Part shown: one piece after another, positions 1 to 9,984 of the stretch
How the letters are laid out: each line of letters begins with the position of its first letter
How positions within the stretch are numbered: the stretch's first letter is position 1
NCBI GenBank assembly: GCA_003599795.1
Contig: QZJQ01000003.1
Span: 1 to 62,521 of the forward strand
Length of the DNA: 62,521 bases
Direction: 5' to 3'
From: Nitrospiraceae bacterium
GTDB taxonomy: Bacteria; Nitrospirota; Thermodesulfovibrionia; Thermodesulfovibrionales; UBA1546
The notes under the pieces: generated by a model
Database searches by the model: none
What the model saw: only the letters and a program-made list of their open reading frames with translations
Told to the model about the DNA's origin: nothing
Made by a program: the position numbers and the translations under genes

Positions 1-53
1 ATCTTGTTGTGCTGAGAACATTTTCGAAGGCGTGGGGTTTAGCGGGAATTCGT

Positions 54-989
54 CTAGGCTTTTGTGCTGCTAATGAAGAAATAATAAAACTTCGGCTCTG
101 TATTTAAATCCTCTTTCAGCCGGAACACTCTCTTATTTTCTATGAGATAACGAATCTCGCTCTTTGGATCTAAAAGATTGCCGAATTTCCTTGCGCCAAC
201 CGGACATGCCTCAACACATGCAGGATATTTGCCCGCCCTTGTCCTCTGTATGCAGAACGTGCATTTTTCCACTACCCCTTTATATCTGGGACGGTTTCCA
301 AGATAATGGGTCTCTGTGTTTAACTCGTCCTGCGGGATGTTCGGCTTTGCCCAGTTAAACCGCCTTGCGCCGTACGGACATGCTGCCATGCAGTACCTGC
401 ACCCAATGCACCAGTTGTAATCAATAACTACAATGCCGTCGGCATCTTTCCATGTTGCCTGCGTGGGGCATGCCTTCACGCAGGGAGGGTTTTCACACTG
501 CTGGCACTGAACAGGCATATAAAAATGTCCTTCCTCAGGAACGAGCTTGGGATTATAATATTTTTCTGAATTCTCAAGGTCAATCCATTTCTCTCCTTTT
601 TTAAATCTCAGCACTGAAATCCACTGGACTTGAGGAGTCCGCGACTGGTTGTTCTCTCGCACACAGGCAGATACGCATTTCCTGCATCCGATACACCGCG
701 ACAGGTCAAGACCGTAGCCGAATTTGACGCCCGGCTTCGGCTTTGATGCGCTGATACGAATCTCTTTTCTCCATTCCAAAGAAGCTTCCTTTTCTAATCT
801 TCCTATAACCCTTTTTATCTCCTCATCAGTCATCTCTTTAAAGTGCTTTTGTAAAAAAGCCTCGCCGATGAATGCATCGGCATTTTCAAACGGGAGCGCG
901 GATGCAGCAATGCCTGTCAAGGCGCCTTGTAAAAATGTCCTTCTGTTAAGCTTAAGTCCTAATGGGTTGTTCCTTATTTTTTTTGACAT
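54..989 (-). CDS. Tat-exported 4Fe-4S ferredoxin-type subunit (NrfC/HybA/DmsB-like) of a membrane redox module
   Basis: 311-aa ORF; twin-arginine leader NRRTFLQG; four ferredoxin-type Cys clusters ([41 protein letters not shown]...CVEACP); directly downstream of a multihaem cytochrome gene. Confidence 0.85.
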   Translation of the reverse strand: MSKKIRNNPLGLKLNRRTFLQGALTGIAASALPFENADAFIGEAFLQKHFKEMTDEEIKRVIGRLEKEASLEWRKEIRISASKPKPGVKFGYGLDLSRCIGCRKCVSACVRENNQSRTPQVQWISVLRFKKGEKWIDLENSEKYYNPKLVPEEGHFYMPVQCQQCENPPCVKACPTQATWKDADGIVVIDYNWCIGCRYCMAACPYGARRFNWAKPNIPQDELNTETHYLGNRPRYKGVVEKCTFCIQRTRAGKYPACVEACPVGARKFGNLLDPKSEIRYLIENKRVFRLKEDLNTEPKFYYFFISSTKA

Positions 990-1002
990 AGTAATAGCCC
1001 CT

Positions 1003-1560
1003 TTATTTGATATCCGATGGTTTCATGGGAGGTTTTTCGGGTTCAAGCTGTTTAAATCTCGGTTGATGCGGGTCGTGGCAAGTTACACACATGCGATAAA
1101 CCTTTTCTCCGTCCCACATCCCTGTCAGCCTGCCATGAATTCCAACTTTCCAGTCTTTGTATACAGTCCCATGGCACTGTTTGCAGAGGACGTACGGCTT
1201 GTCATAATCGATCAACTGCCCGCTCGGCAGTTTTAATTTGTCTCCTTCGTGACAGTCTAAACACCACCTGTCTTCCGCATGCTTAAGCGTTATATTGGAG
1301 TGGCTTGCTGTCAGCTTTCTCTTTGTTTTATTCACCGAAAGATACTTGTGGCATTTGGAACATGGATAATTTTCAGAGGTTCTTGGCTTGGTTATAATTA
1401 GCTTGGGGACTCCCTCTTCTTTGGGGACTCCTTCTTGTGCTCCGCTTGAATGAAGGGAAACCATTCCACCAAAAAATACTACCGAGAAAATTACGGCTAA
1501 TTTACCCATTATCTTCATAATTACAGACTCCCATTTAAGAATTTTCATTAATATATACAA
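1003..1560 (-). CDS. periplasmic tetrahaem c-type cytochrome
   Basis: 185-aa ORF with hydrophobic signal-like N-terminus and four CxxCH motifs (CSKCH, CLDCH, CKQCH, CVTCH); true start probably an internal Met (MKIMGKL). Confidence 0.8.
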   Translation of the reverse strand: MYILMKILKWESVIMKIMGKLAVIFSVVFFGGMVSLHSSGAQEGVPKEEGVPKLIITKPRTSENYPCSKCHKYLSVNKTKRKLTASHSNITLKHAEDRWCLDCHEGDKLKLPSGQLIDYDKPYVLCKQCHGTVYKDWKVGIHGRLTGMWDGEKVYRMCVTCHDPHQPRFKQLEPEKPPMKPSDIK

Positions 1561-1633
1561 GAACGATGCCAGAAGCTGAATTGGTTTAAAAACAAGATAT
1601 TATTCTAAATATCAGTATATAAAGGCGTGTTGT

Positions 1634-1651
1634 GGTTGCAGTAATGCAACC
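1634..1651 (-). promoter_or_regulatory. candidate sigma-54 (-24/-12) promoter for the cytochrome/FeS operon
   Basis: Palindrome GGTTGCAGTAATGCAACC; on the minus strand it reads GG-N10-GC (aGGttgcattacTGCA), the spacing of TGGCAC-N5-TTGCA. It lies about 75 nt upstream of the cytochrome ORF and next to an NtrC-type activator gene. Because the site is palindromic, orientation is ambiguous. Confidence 0.35.
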
Positions 1652-1690
1652 TTAAAAAATAAGGACGTTGCAGGAATTTAACTTGATTGC

Positions 1691-3136
1691 TTAATCTTCT
1701 AAATCTGGCGTAGACATCGGAAAGCCGTGTTCTTTGAGTTTTCTCCAAAGGGTTTCTCTGCTGATTTTGAGTTTCTTTGCCGCCTCTTTCTTTCTGCCAC
1801 TGGTTTCTTCAAGGGTATTTGCTATTATCTCTCTTTCCAATGCCCTTACCCTCTCTGTCAATGAAATATCCTCACGGGTTAATATATCATCACTTTTATC
1901 TATCCCGTTACCCTTCAGTTCCGCAGGCAGGCAGTTGAACCCTATTATGTTTCCGCTACAGTAGGTCACGGCCATCTCAATTGCATGCCGTAATTCTCTT
2001 ACATTGCCCGGATACTCATATGTCATGATGCGATCCATAGCCGCAGGAGAAAGAGTAAGGTTCGTCTTTCCCGCCTTTTTGCTGAATACCTCTATGAAGT
2101 GTTCTGCAAGCAAAGGAATGTCTTCTTTTCTCTCACGCAAAGGAGGCAGGGTAACAGGCAAAACATTTACTCTGTAATAAAGGTCCTCTCTAAATTTATC
2201 TGCTTTTACTTCATCCTTTAAATTCTTTCTTGTAGCGCAGATAGTCCTTACATCTACAGTCAATGATTCATTTCCGCCAAGGCGTTCAAAGGTATGGCTT
2301 TCAAGAACCCTCAAAAGTTTTGCCTGCAAGGAAAGCGGCATGTCTCCGACCTCGTCAAAGAAGATTGTGCCTCCGTCTGCTGACTCAAATTTTCCTTTCC
2401 TCCTCTGGGCAGCGCCAGTAAATGCGCCTTTCTCATGCCCGAATAGTTCAGATTCAAGGAGAGTTTCAGGAATAGCCGCACAATTTATTTTAATAAAAGG
2501 GTTATCCTTTCTCGGACTCAGGTTATGAATGGCATTTGCCACTAATTCCTTGCCGGTTCCGCTTTCACCGTATATCATTACTGAGGAGTCTGTCTTTGCA
2601 ATAACGCTGATCTTTTCAAATATTGTCTGCATAACAGGACTGATTCCAATGATGCGCTCAAATTGTTTCTTATCTTTTACCTCTTCCTTTAGTCGTATAT
2701 TTTCAAGTTCAAGCCCCCTGTGCTTGATAAACCTGTCTAAAACGATGAGCAGCTCCGCAGGATCAAAGGGCTTTGAGATATAGTCATATGCGCCTTCTTT
2801 CATAGCTTCAACAGCAGTCTTAACATCTGCAAAGGCGGTGATTACTATTACTCCTGCATCATGAGAGATATTCCTTACGGATTTTAGTACCTCAATCCCA
2901 TCAGCCCCCGGCAGTTTAAGGTCTGTTATCACTATATCAAAATGCACCTTCTCAAAGAGCTTTATCCCCTCAATGCCGTTTTCTGCGCTCATTACCTTAT
3001 ATCCAGCGCCCTCAAGGGTACAGGAAATCCCAAACCTTACAGAAAACTCATCTTCTATTACAAGTATCTTCATCGGCATTGCTTTTGAAAAGCTCCGGTT
3101 CTTTAAGCCCTCTTCTTTAGTGTGCAGAGTTTTCAT
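1691..3136 (-). CDS. sigma-54-dependent response regulator (NtrC family: REC + AAA+ + Fis-type HTH)
   Basis: REC start MKILVIEDE..ITDLKLPG; Walker A GESGTGKE; GAFTGA sigma-54 contact motif; C-terminal HTH (AAKKLKISRETLWRKLK). Likely start is an internal Met near 3079. Confidence 0.9.
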   Translation of the reverse strand: MKTLHTKEEGLKNRSFSKAMPMKILVIEDEFSVRFGISCTLEGAGYKVMSAENGIEGIKLFEKVHFDIVITDLKLPGADGIEVLKSVRNISHDAGVIVITAFADVKTAVEAMKEGAYDYISKPFDPAELLIVLDRFIKHRGLELENIRLKEEVKDKKQFERIIGISPVMQTIFEKISVIAKTDSSVMIYGESGTGKELVANAIHNLSPRKDNPFIKINCAAIPETLLESELFGHEKGAFTGAAQRRKGKFESADGGTIFFDEVGDMPLSLQAKLLRVLESHTFERLGGNESLTVDVRTICATRKNLKDEVKADKFREDLYYRVNVLPVTLPPLRERKEDIPLLAEHFIEVFSKKAGKTNLTLSPAAMDRIMTYEYPGNVRELRHAIEMAVTYCSGNIIGFNCLPAELKGNGIDKSDDILTREDISLTERVRALEREIIANTLEETSGRKKEAAKKLKISRETLWRKLKEHGFPMSTPDLED

Positions 3137-3177
3137 CTATACCTCTTTCAATTTCCGTGCCATAATCCTACTATATA

Positions 3178-4671
3178 TTAAACAAGCGGCAATTTAATCC
3201 TAAATGTTGTCCCCGCACCGATTTCACTGTCCACTTCAATCATGCCTCCATGCTGTTCCACTATCCCTTTGCTGACAGAAAGGCCCAGCCCTGTGCCTTC
3301 TCCTATTCCCTTCGTAGTAAAAAAGGGGTCAAATATGTGTGACATTATGTCAGGAGCAATCCCGCCGCCAGTATCTTCAATAGAGACCACACAAAATCCG
3401 TCATCCGCCTTTGTCCTGATTGTCAGTCTGCCGCCGTCATCCATTGCCTGCACGGCATTTATCATAATATTCATAAATACCTGAGACATCTTGTTTTCAT
3501 CAATCAATATTTCAGAAATGTCCTCTGACAGGTCATTAATAATCTCAATATTCTTTTTTGATGCAGGATAATTAAGCAAAACAAGCAGGCGGTTTATGAG
3601 ATTGTTGAGGTTAACAGACGTCTTCTCAGTAACTGTCATTCTTGAGAAATCAAGGAGATGTCCTACGATATTCTTTATCTTTTGAAGGCCGTCATTAATT
3701 GCCATGACAAGCTTCTCTCTTGTTAAATTGTCCGCATCAGCTTCCATCAGGTTTTTAAAACACAGGGTCATGCCGCTCAACGGATTGTTTATCTCATGGG
3801 CAACACCGGCGGCAAGCCGTCCGATAGCAACCATCTTTTCAGTCTGGCTTAGAACCTCCACAGTCTTTTTATGCTCTCTGTCAGCTTCTCTAAGCCTCTG
3901 CAGCATCCATAGAAAACTCTTTTGCAGTTCTCCAATTTCGTCCCGTCTGTCTTTGAGTTCAACATATTGGGTTTCAACTTCAAGGTCGCCATGGCTCTTG
4001 ATGCCGTCCATAATCTTTGACAGTTTGATTACCGGCCTTGCAAGCACCTTTGCGCCGATACTTATGATTAAAAGCGAAATTATTGAAAAAAAGATGACGA
4101 GTTTGGCGATTTCATTTTTAAAAGAACTGATGGATTCCTGAGCCTTTTTTGTTGATAATCCAATCCTTATGCCGCCCCAGCTTTTAGTGCTTATGTTCAA
4201 GGGAGCTGCTATATTAATAATGGGCTCGCCCCGCCAGTTTGAATCAGTAATAATCGTTTCAAGAGATGAGATTGCCCTTAAAGTTGCTTCATCTTTACAT
4301 ATTTTGCCATATTCACCGCTATCGCTCTGGGAAATAATCAGTCCGTTGTTGTCAACAATCGCAACATACCTTATTCTTTTATCCCGCTCCATCAGATTCA
4401 GTATGAAATAGTCAAGATAGTCCGTAAGGTCAAGCTTGCTCATCATGCCGAGTTCTTTATATACCATGACATTGGTAAGCGTGAGCCTGCTTATTTCAGA
4501 AAGGACACTTCCTTGATTGAGTATATCCCGTTTATAGAGGCTCTCTTCTCTTGAGATAATAAGGAAACTGCCAACGCTCGTGAATATGAAAATACATGTG
4601 GATGCGACTATTATAAACTTCCCCTGAAGACTAAATACCCATTTCCTGAGTTTTTTAATTATTTGTTTCAT
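3178..4671 (-). CDS. membrane sensor histidine kinase (HAMP, HisKA, HATPase)
   Basis: 497-aa ORF; two TM segments flanking a periplasmic domain; H-box AHEINNPL; G-boxes DTGGGI and GTGLGLS. Confidence 0.9.
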   Translation of the reverse strand: MKQIIKKLRKWVFSLQGKFIIVASTCIFIFTSVGSFLIISREESLYKRDILNQGSVLSEISRLTLTNVMVYKELGMMSKLDLTDYLDYFILNLMERDKRIRYVAIVDNNGLIISQSDSGEYGKICKDEATLRAISSLETIITDSNWRGEPIINIAAPLNISTKSWGGIRIGLSTKKAQESISSFKNEIAKLVIFFSIISLLIISIGAKVLARPVIKLSKIMDGIKSHGDLEVETQYVELKDRRDEIGELQKSFLWMLQRLREADREHKKTVEVLSQTEKMVAIGRLAAGVAHEINNPLSGMTLCFKNLMEADADNLTREKLVMAINDGLQKIKNIVGHLLDFSRMTVTEKTSVNLNNLINRLLVLLNYPASKKNIEIINDLSEDISEILIDENKMSQVFMNIMINAVQAMDDGGRLTIRTKADDGFCVVSIEDTGGGIAPDIMSHIFDPFFTTKGIGEGTGLGLSVSKGIVEQHGGMIEVDSEIGAGTTFRIKLPLV

Positions 4672-4680
4672 CTGTTGGGC

Positions 4681-5589
4681 TTAGCGTGGTATTTTTACGC
4701 CTTCTTTAATCAAATAATCTACAATCGCTCTTATGGGATTATAATCAGAATCCTCTGCTTCAGCAAAGCCGTATTTGAACTCCTCATCCCATTGCTCCAT
4801 AATCTTGCGGTGCTCCGGATTATTGTAGTTTAAAGACAGGAGCGCTTTTTTTATTGCATTTACTATCTCCGGAGACAGATCCGCCCTTACCACCACCGGC
4901 AAGCCCGGAATAGGGTCGGAAAAAGCTATTATTTTAAGCCCTCTGTTTTCAAACCTGTTTGCAACAGCGTCTATAACTGCCCCTGCATCAAAGTTCCCTC
5001 GCAGAATTTCCCTTGCAACAGAATCGTGATATTTCAAGTTAACATGCTTTGAAAGGTCTCTCAAGGTTATTCCCCCTTTTGCATAGAGTTCATTAAGCGG
5101 GACAAGGTATCCGGAGGTTGACCTTTCAGACGCAAAGGCCACTGATTTCCCTTTCAGGTCAGAAAGTTTAGTTATTTTCTTATTATCTGCCCTTGCAATA
5201 AATACGCTCCTGTAATACGGCTTACCGTCATGCCCTAATGGTTTAAGTATAGGCACAAGATTAAACTGCTCTTTTGCCTCAAGATACGTTGCGCCGCCAA
5301 GCAAGGCAACCTGAACATCGTTGTTTTTGAGGAAATTTATTATGTTCCTGTAATCCTGGCTTAACTTTAATTCAAACTTGTACGGCGTATTTTTTGTAAG
5401 ATAGTCCATAAGCGGCTGGTATCTCTGGTACATTACGATAGGATGATAAAGGGTTATGGCGCTGAAATAAATAACCTCTTTTGAGGATACTTTACCTTTT
5501 TCGCTGCAAACTGCTGGTTGGGCATAAAGACTTACGGCTACAAACAGAGATATAAAGACATATCTCAACTTCATTCTCAATGATACCAT
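4681..5589 (-). CDS. PhnD-like (phosphate/phosphonate-type) periplasmic substrate-binding protein
   Basis: 302-aa ORF with signal peptide; SBP fold signatures (VALLGGATY, ERSTSGYLVP); upstream of the sensor kinase in the same operon direction. Confidence 0.65.
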   Translation of the reverse strand: MVSLRMKLRYVFISLFVAVSLYAQPAVCSEKGKVSSKEVIYFSAITLYHPIVMYQRYQPLMDYLTKNTPYKFELKLSQDYRNIINFLKNNDVQVALLGGATYLEAKEQFNLVPILKPLGHDGKPYYRSVFIARADNKKITKLSDLKGKSVAFASERSTSGYLVPLNELYAKGGITLRDLSKHVNLKYHDSVAREILRGNFDAGAVIDAVANRFENRGLKIIAFSDPIPGLPVVVRADLSPEIVNAIKKALLSLNYNNPEHRKIMEQWDEEFKYGFAEAEDSDYNPIRAIVDYLIKEGVKIPR

Positions 5590-5598
5590 TTTAATCTC

Positions 5599-6972
5599 CT
5601 AAAATTCATACCGCATCTGGAAATACACATTATCATTCTTATCCAGCTGCCCGAACTGGCTCCACCTCTCGCCTTCGCCGAAGATGTTCGCTCCGACTGC
5701 AGCCCAGATATGGTCTGAGAAATTATATTTAACTTCGGGGTTCAGCATGTAATCTCCGTCAGACGTGCTGTAGAAGGAGAAGAATGAAAGCTTTAACGTC
5801 TGGTGCATGAGCATCTGCGTTAATCTTATGGTTGCAAGCTGATAGAGCTTTCTGTCCTTTGGAAGTCCCCCGGGCTGATTCTTTTTATACTCAGAATAAT
5901 CATGCATATATTCGCTAAGAAACTGCACCCCTACTGTGAAATCCTCCCATAACTGCCTCTGATACCCGATAAGAAATTTTGTCTGCGAATTCGGGACAGT
6001 ATAATCCGTTCCTGAGCTGTCTTGCCTTGAGTCATAATATCCCCCTTCAAGACTCAGAACACCGTCCAAGGCCCTTCCCTGAAGGCTCGCGCCGTAAACA
6101 GAGAGCTTGGGATAATGATATGTAATCTTTGTAGTGCTATTTATATCGTCAGGTATCATATAAGGCTTGCGGTAGAATCCCCTGTATAAATATACCGACG
6201 CATCAAACCCTGCAACATCCCTGTAAGCCCTTAATGCAAATTCTGTGTTCTTAAAATTCGTAGCAGGGTCTGTTTCTTCCCTGTTCGTAACGCCCGGCAT
6301 GGGGTCGAACATATAGAATCTTCTTGCATCGGTATAGTTATTAGGCTCAAATATCGGTATGGCAATGAATTCAAATGAGGCAAATTCCGGATAGGCCCCA
6401 ATCTTTACCCCGTCAGCTCCCTTTTTCATATACTCCAGCGGCCTTCCTGAAAAGAACGCCTCATAGTCTTTCGGAAATACATCATTTATAAATATCAGGT
6501 CTCCAATCCCCCATGTAATTATCTGCCTGCCTGCCCTTATATCCCATTTCTTTTCAACATGGTCAATATAGCCTTCCCTTAACTCTATCTGTGCCTTCTC
6601 ATCAATATGGTCATAAAAGGCGTCTGTTTTCAGGAATAACCTGAACGGCTCCTTTGAGGCGTCAAGCTTTAACTGCAATCTCTCCTCAGCCCATTTAAAA
6701 TCTCCTCCGTCAGGGTTAGCCCTTGTGCCAAAAGAATAATTCCCTTGAAAGAAGCCGTGAATAGAGACATCGGCTGCGTATGAAGGGAAAATACAAGCGC
6801 AGCAGAGCAGTAGCGCAGTAGAACAGTAGCGCAGTAGAACAGTAGCGCAGTAGAACAGTAGCGCAGTAGAACAGGTGATTTGTTTGCCTGTTGCTCTGCT
6901 GCTTTGTTGCGCTGTTGCGCTGTTGCTCTGCTGCTCCGCTGTTCTGTTGCTCTGCTTTTTCACTCTATCCAC
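5599..6972 (-). CDS. outer-membrane beta-barrel protein (DUF1302/porin-like); N-terminus encoded by a tandem-repeat element
   Basis: 457-aa ORF ending in aromatic YEF; alternating beta-strand pattern; adjacent to a LolA-like protein. The first ~55 codons are low-complexity repeat translation. Confidence 0.6.
   Translation of the reverse strand: MDRVKKQSNRTAEQQSNSATAQQSSRATGKQITCSTALLFYCATVLLRYCSTALLLCCACIFPSYAADVSIHGFFQGNYSFGTRANPDGGDFKWAEERLQLKLDASKEPFRLFLKTDAFYDHIDEKAQIELREGYIDHVEKKWDIRAGRQIITWGIGDLIFINDVFPKDYEAFFSGRPLEYMKKGADGVKIGAYPEFASFEFIAIPIFEPNNYTDARRFYMFDPMPGVTNREETDPATNFKNTEFALRAYRDVAGFDASVYLYRGFYRKPYMIPDDINSTTKITYHYPKLSVYGASLQGRALDGVLSLEGGYYDSRQDSSGTDYTVPNSQTKFLIGYQRQLWEDFTVGVQFLSEYMHDYSEYKKNQPGGLPKDRKLYQLATIRLTQMLMHQTLKLSFFSFYSTSDGDYMLNPEVKYNFSDHIWAAVGANIFGEGERWSQFGQLDKNDNVYFQMRYEF
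6797..6955. repeat. STRR-like tandem octamer repeat element (two arrays flanking a spacer)
   Basis: Left array (GCGCAGTA/GAACAGTA)n at 6797-6874, spacer GGTGATTTGTTTGC, right array (CTGTTGCK/CTGCTGCT)n at 6888-6955. Confidence 0.85.
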
Positions 6973-7748
6973 TTCTTCGGCGGCTGCTTGAGAAACCGCT
7001 CTGAAAACAGGCTGTCCTCAATGCCAACGTTGTAATCAATCTTCGTATATGCAACCTCTGTCCTGTGCCCGCTCAGAAGATTTTTCATGGTCCTTTTTGT
7101 GATTGTTGAAAAGCCCTTTACATCCTTAATCTCATCAGCGGAGAATACCCTGCTAAGCTCTCCTTTTTTGTCATAATATTCTTCCTTAAGCGGCAGAAAA
7201 TTGACTTTATCAACCCATGAGAGTTTATGAGCGTAATCAACATCACCCTTCTTAGGGGTACTTTTTACTACATAACAATCCCTTGCTCCGAGTTTTTCTT
7301 CTTTCACCATTGTATGCGTATCGTCCTGAATATCCCTGCCGGAAACATCCTCATATGTGAAATCAGAGCCAACAAAGCTTGAGGTCTTATCCTGCGCCGC
7401 AATCCTCCTGACCATGTTTATTGCAGGAACAAAAAGCCATCTGTCGTCGTCCTTTGCAGGATATTTATAGACCATGAAGGTCATGTCCTTAACATCAGCA
7501 GGCTGAAAGAAATACATAAAGAACCTCTGGTCGCCGCCGGCCTCCCCGAAGTTCTTCCTGAGCATGCTGAGCTCCCTTACCCTTTCCGCACCGCCTTTGC
7601 TTATGAGCTTCATCATTACCCGTGCCTTAAAGTCCTTGCCCTGATAGTGAAAAGCAGCCTGAGACTTTTTCATCACATCTTCAGCGCTTATTGCCAGCGC
7701 TTCAATAGGCAGAAGCATAACCAATAAAACAAGCAAATATCTCATCAT
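6960..7748 (-). CDS. outer-membrane lipoprotein-sorting (LolA-like) family protein
   Basis: 262-aa secreted ORF; family resemblance (FMYFFQPADVKDMTFM, DRWLFVPA, SFVGSDFTYEDV). Confidence 0.7.
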   Translation of the reverse strand: MMRYLLVLLVMLLPIEALAISAEDVMKKSQAAFHYQGKDFKARVMMKLISKGGAERVRELSMLRKNFGEAGGDQRFFMYFFQPADVKDMTFMVYKYPAKDDDRWLFVPAINMVRRIAAQDKTSSFVGSDFTYEDVSGRDIQDDTHTMVKEEKLGARDCYVVKSTPKKGDVDYAHKLSWVDKVNFLPLKEEYYDKKGELSRVFSADEIKDVKGFSTITKRTMKNLLSGHRTEVAYTKIDYNVGIEDSLFSERFLKQPPKKWIE

Positions 7749-7766
7749 CCAAACCCTCCTTGTTTT

Positions 7767-7824
7767 CAGTGTCAGTTTTTAGTGACAGTGTCAGTAGCTG
7801 ACACTAATCACTTGCACTGTCACT
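7767..7824. repeat. STRR-like heptamer element with nested inverted repeats (terminator-like)
   Basis: AGTGACAGTG...CACTGTCACT (10-bp arms) enclosing GTGTCAG-TAG-CTGACAC; units of CAGTGTC/CTGACAC type; lies just downstream of the DUF2892 stop. Confidence 0.7.
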
Positions 7825-8011
7825 TATTTTTATCTATTCCCATGGCCCTGAGAATCGGCATCGTAGGGCACCAGTTTGTAAAAGCCGACTGCAAAAGATT
7901 CAGTCCCATAAAGGCAGTCAGTATCAGCCAATTGGGAGAATGAATCTGCGCCAAGCCAAGACTGACCAGGACAACTAAACCTGCCATGCCTCTTAATATT
8001 CTTTCCATCAT
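7820..8011 (-). CDS. DUF2892 (YgaP C-terminal-like) small membrane protein
   Basis: 63-aa ORF, two TM helices, conserved NWCP motif; overlaps the stop of the YeeE/YedE gene. Confidence 0.75.
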   Translation of the reverse strand: MMERILRGMAGLVVLVSLGLAQIHSPNWLILTAFMGLNLLQSAFTNWCPTMPILRAMGIDKNK

Positions 8012-9399
8012 TTTACACCTCCTGCATTTTCTTCGTGAAGTCCCTTTAAGAATATCTCATCTGTGGATTTTGTTATATATTCTTTTGGGGTTACCTTTGT
8101 AATCTGCGAACCCTTTTTTATGGCCCATATAAGAAGGGCTATGAGCATTGCGCTATAGAGAATTGCAAAACCATATTGTATATATGGATTGTCAGGCAGG
8201 AGTTCAAGCATATTCTTTTCCTTCATAAAACCCCTTGAGAAGAAGAACTCGTCTATCCTGTCCTGATACAATGAATACGGGAGATATCCGAGCATAAAGC
8301 CGGGCAGCGCCGTCAGCCCTGTAAGATATGCCATGCCCAGCCTTGAATAGGTCCTTATCTCACATCCTAACATGAGAACACTTCCAATCCCAAGCAATGG
8401 CCCTCCAATCAAATGCCCAAGATGAAATCCCCACTTATATCTTCCTGCCTCAACAACTACAGGCACATCCCACCCTAAGGCTATCCATGTGAAAAGTATT
8501 GTGAGGTTAAACATTATTATTGCAACAAGAAGCCCGGCAAAGGGCATCATCCCTGTAAACATGGTCTGCGTAATCTTTGCAACCTTCATTGCTTCAAAGT
8601 GCTTTGGTTTCATCAGAAGGGACTTTGGAGACATGACAGCGCACTCGGTCCCAAAGCCGGATTTGGCAATGCCAAAGCCTACAAGAAATCCGACAAGCCC
8701 TTTGAGAAAAATCTCAAACCACGGCAGTCCGCCAATGCTGTTCGCCGATTCTCCTTTAACCGCTGTCCAGAAAACTGAGGCAATCAACAAAAGAAAAAAC
8801 GCGGTAAAAATAAGCCGCACAGGGTCTTTGTAAGGCTTATGTTCAGGGTCATAGCTCAATGTCTCCGTATTGTATTCAAGCTCAAGACATTGATGGACTG
8901 TTGCCTTTACCTCATGGTGTTTCATGAATCCTCCGGCATTCATCTTTGCCATTAACATAAAGGCAAGATATGCAAAAGGAATGCTTACAATCGCTACAAC
9001 GATAGAGGTAAGGCTCATGCCCGGTATTCCTCCGAGATAATGCCATGCCGTGCATCCTTGAGCGAGCCTTGTGCCGAAACCAAAGATTATGCCTCCGATA
9101 AAGGCAAGTATAGCAACACGCAAAGGATATTTCACCCATGTTTTGCGTTCGCGCTCTATAAGCGCTACAGAACAGCCGCCGATAATTATTCCCATTACTA
9201 CCCAGTGGATATCAGCGCTGTAGGTCCTTGCGATAAAATCTGTCTTTGTAATATTTTCCTCAAGGGTGGCAAACATTTTTGCGAGTCCTGTTGTTATCGG
9301 TATCGGTGTGTCATACTTAAGGAAATACAATACCTCTGCAAGCCCGACCAGAAAGCCTCCCCAGATAAATGACCATGGTTTTGTAAGAATATTCCTCAT
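8008..9399 (-). CDS. YeeE/YedE family sulfur (thiosulfate) or selenium transporter, duplicated-domain form
   Basis: Polytopic membrane ORF with conserved Cys loops (LAQGCTAW, GTECAV, LGCEIRT). Start placed at Met 9399, preceded by GGTGGAGAA; the track ORF extends to 9444. Confidence 0.8.
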   Translation of the reverse strand: MRNILTKPWSFIWGGFLVGLAEVLYFLKYDTPIPITTGLAKMFATLEENITKTDFIARTYSADIHWVVMGIIIGGCSVALIERERKTWVKYPLRVAILAFIGGIIFGFGTRLAQGCTAWHYLGGIPGMSLTSIVVAIVSIPFAYLAFMLMAKMNAGGFMKHHEVKATVHQCLELEYNTETLSYDPEHKPYKDPVRLIFTAFFLLLIASVFWTAVKGESANSIGGLPWFEIFLKGLVGFLVGFGIAKSGFGTECAVMSPKSLLMKPKHFEAMKVAKITQTMFTGMMPFAGLLVAIIMFNLTILFTWIALGWDVPVVVEAGRYKWGFHLGHLIGGPLLGIGSVLMLGCEIRTYSRLGMAYLTGLTALPGFMLGYLPYSLYQDRIDEFFFSRGFMKEKNMLELLPDNPYIQYGFAILYSAMLIALLIWAIKKGSQITKVTPKEYITKSTDEIFLKGLHEENAGGVK

Positions 9400-9403
9400 C
9401 AGA

Positions 9404-9901
9404 TTACTTCTCCACCGGATAGTTTTTTGTTGCTGCCTTCTCAATTGCCTTTTTCATAGCCTCGCCGCCGCGATAATTTTTAATCCACGCTGCATGCCCG
9501 AAAGCCATCGTATATGCATCATAGCCAAGCACCCTCAGCGATACAACTGGAAGATTCTGCACCTGCCCCGTAACGCATACGAGAATTATCTTTTTGTCCT
9601 TTGGAAGTTTTCCAAGGTTTTCGGGCTTCAGAATCTCGTTATAGGATATGTGTATCGCCCCCGGAATATGACCTGCTTTGTATTCGCCTGGATTAGGCCT
9701 TACATCCACAACCAAGAAGTCTGTCTGCTTGGTCTTTATCCACATATAAACCTCGTCTGCAGTTACCTGCCAGTGTCCTTCTTCCAATCCCTTCATCAAC
9801 ACATCACTCATTTTTTTTGCAATGTCATCCTGCGCAAAAACAGGCACAGCCAGAGAAACAACAATAATAGCTATCATCAAATGCATCCCAATCTTTTTCA
9901 C
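9404..9901 (-). CDS. periplasmic rhodanese-domain sulfurtransferase
   Basis: 165-aa ORF, signal peptide ...VPVFAQDD; rhodanese motifs VVDVRP..GHIPGAIHI and active-site loop CVTGQ. Confidence 0.85.
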   Translation of the reverse strand: MKKIGMHLMIAIIVVSLAVPVFAQDDIAKKMSDVLMKGLEEGHWQVTADEVYMWIKTKQTDFLVVDVRPNPGEYKAGHIPGAIHISYNEILKPENLGKLPKDKKIILVCVTGQVQNLPVVSLRVLGYDAYTMAFGHAAWIKNYRGGEAMKKAIEKAATKNYPVEK

Positions 9902-9914
9902 CTTTTCTTCCTCC

Positions 9915-9954
9915 TAACTTTTAACTTGTAACTTTTAACTTGTAACTTTACTAA
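9915..9954. repeat. STRR-like heptamer array (TAACTTT/TAACTTG)x5 ending in TTTACTAA
   Basis: Five tandem heptamers read directly, followed by TCAGGGGTCACGCCCCCGAG; intergenic between the rhodanese start and the upstream gene stop. Confidence 0.85.
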
Positions 9955-9984
9955 TCAGGGGTCACGCCCCCGAGTGATTTAGTC

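Noticed and set aside
1-53. A possible start of an NrfD-like membrane subunit gene on the minus strand (ATG at 19-21).
   Set aside because: Only 7 codons are visible, with no ribosome-binding site. This is not supportable from this window.
6797-6955. Could the tandem repeat arrays be CRISPR arrays?
   Set aside because: The units are 7-8 nt with no unique spacers of about 30 nt. There are no cas genes, and many arrays are translated inside conserved genes.
9266-9931. Many long ORFs in the track lie antisense to or overlap strong genes, for example 724-1236(+), 8489-8833(+), 9266-9931(+), 11802-12308(+), 28727-29281(-), 38983-39666(-), 43887-44480(+) and 46349-46987(+).
   Set aside because: They are shadow frames of clearly homologous genes on the opposite strand, have low-complexity or odd composition, and lack recognisable motifs or ribosome-binding sites.
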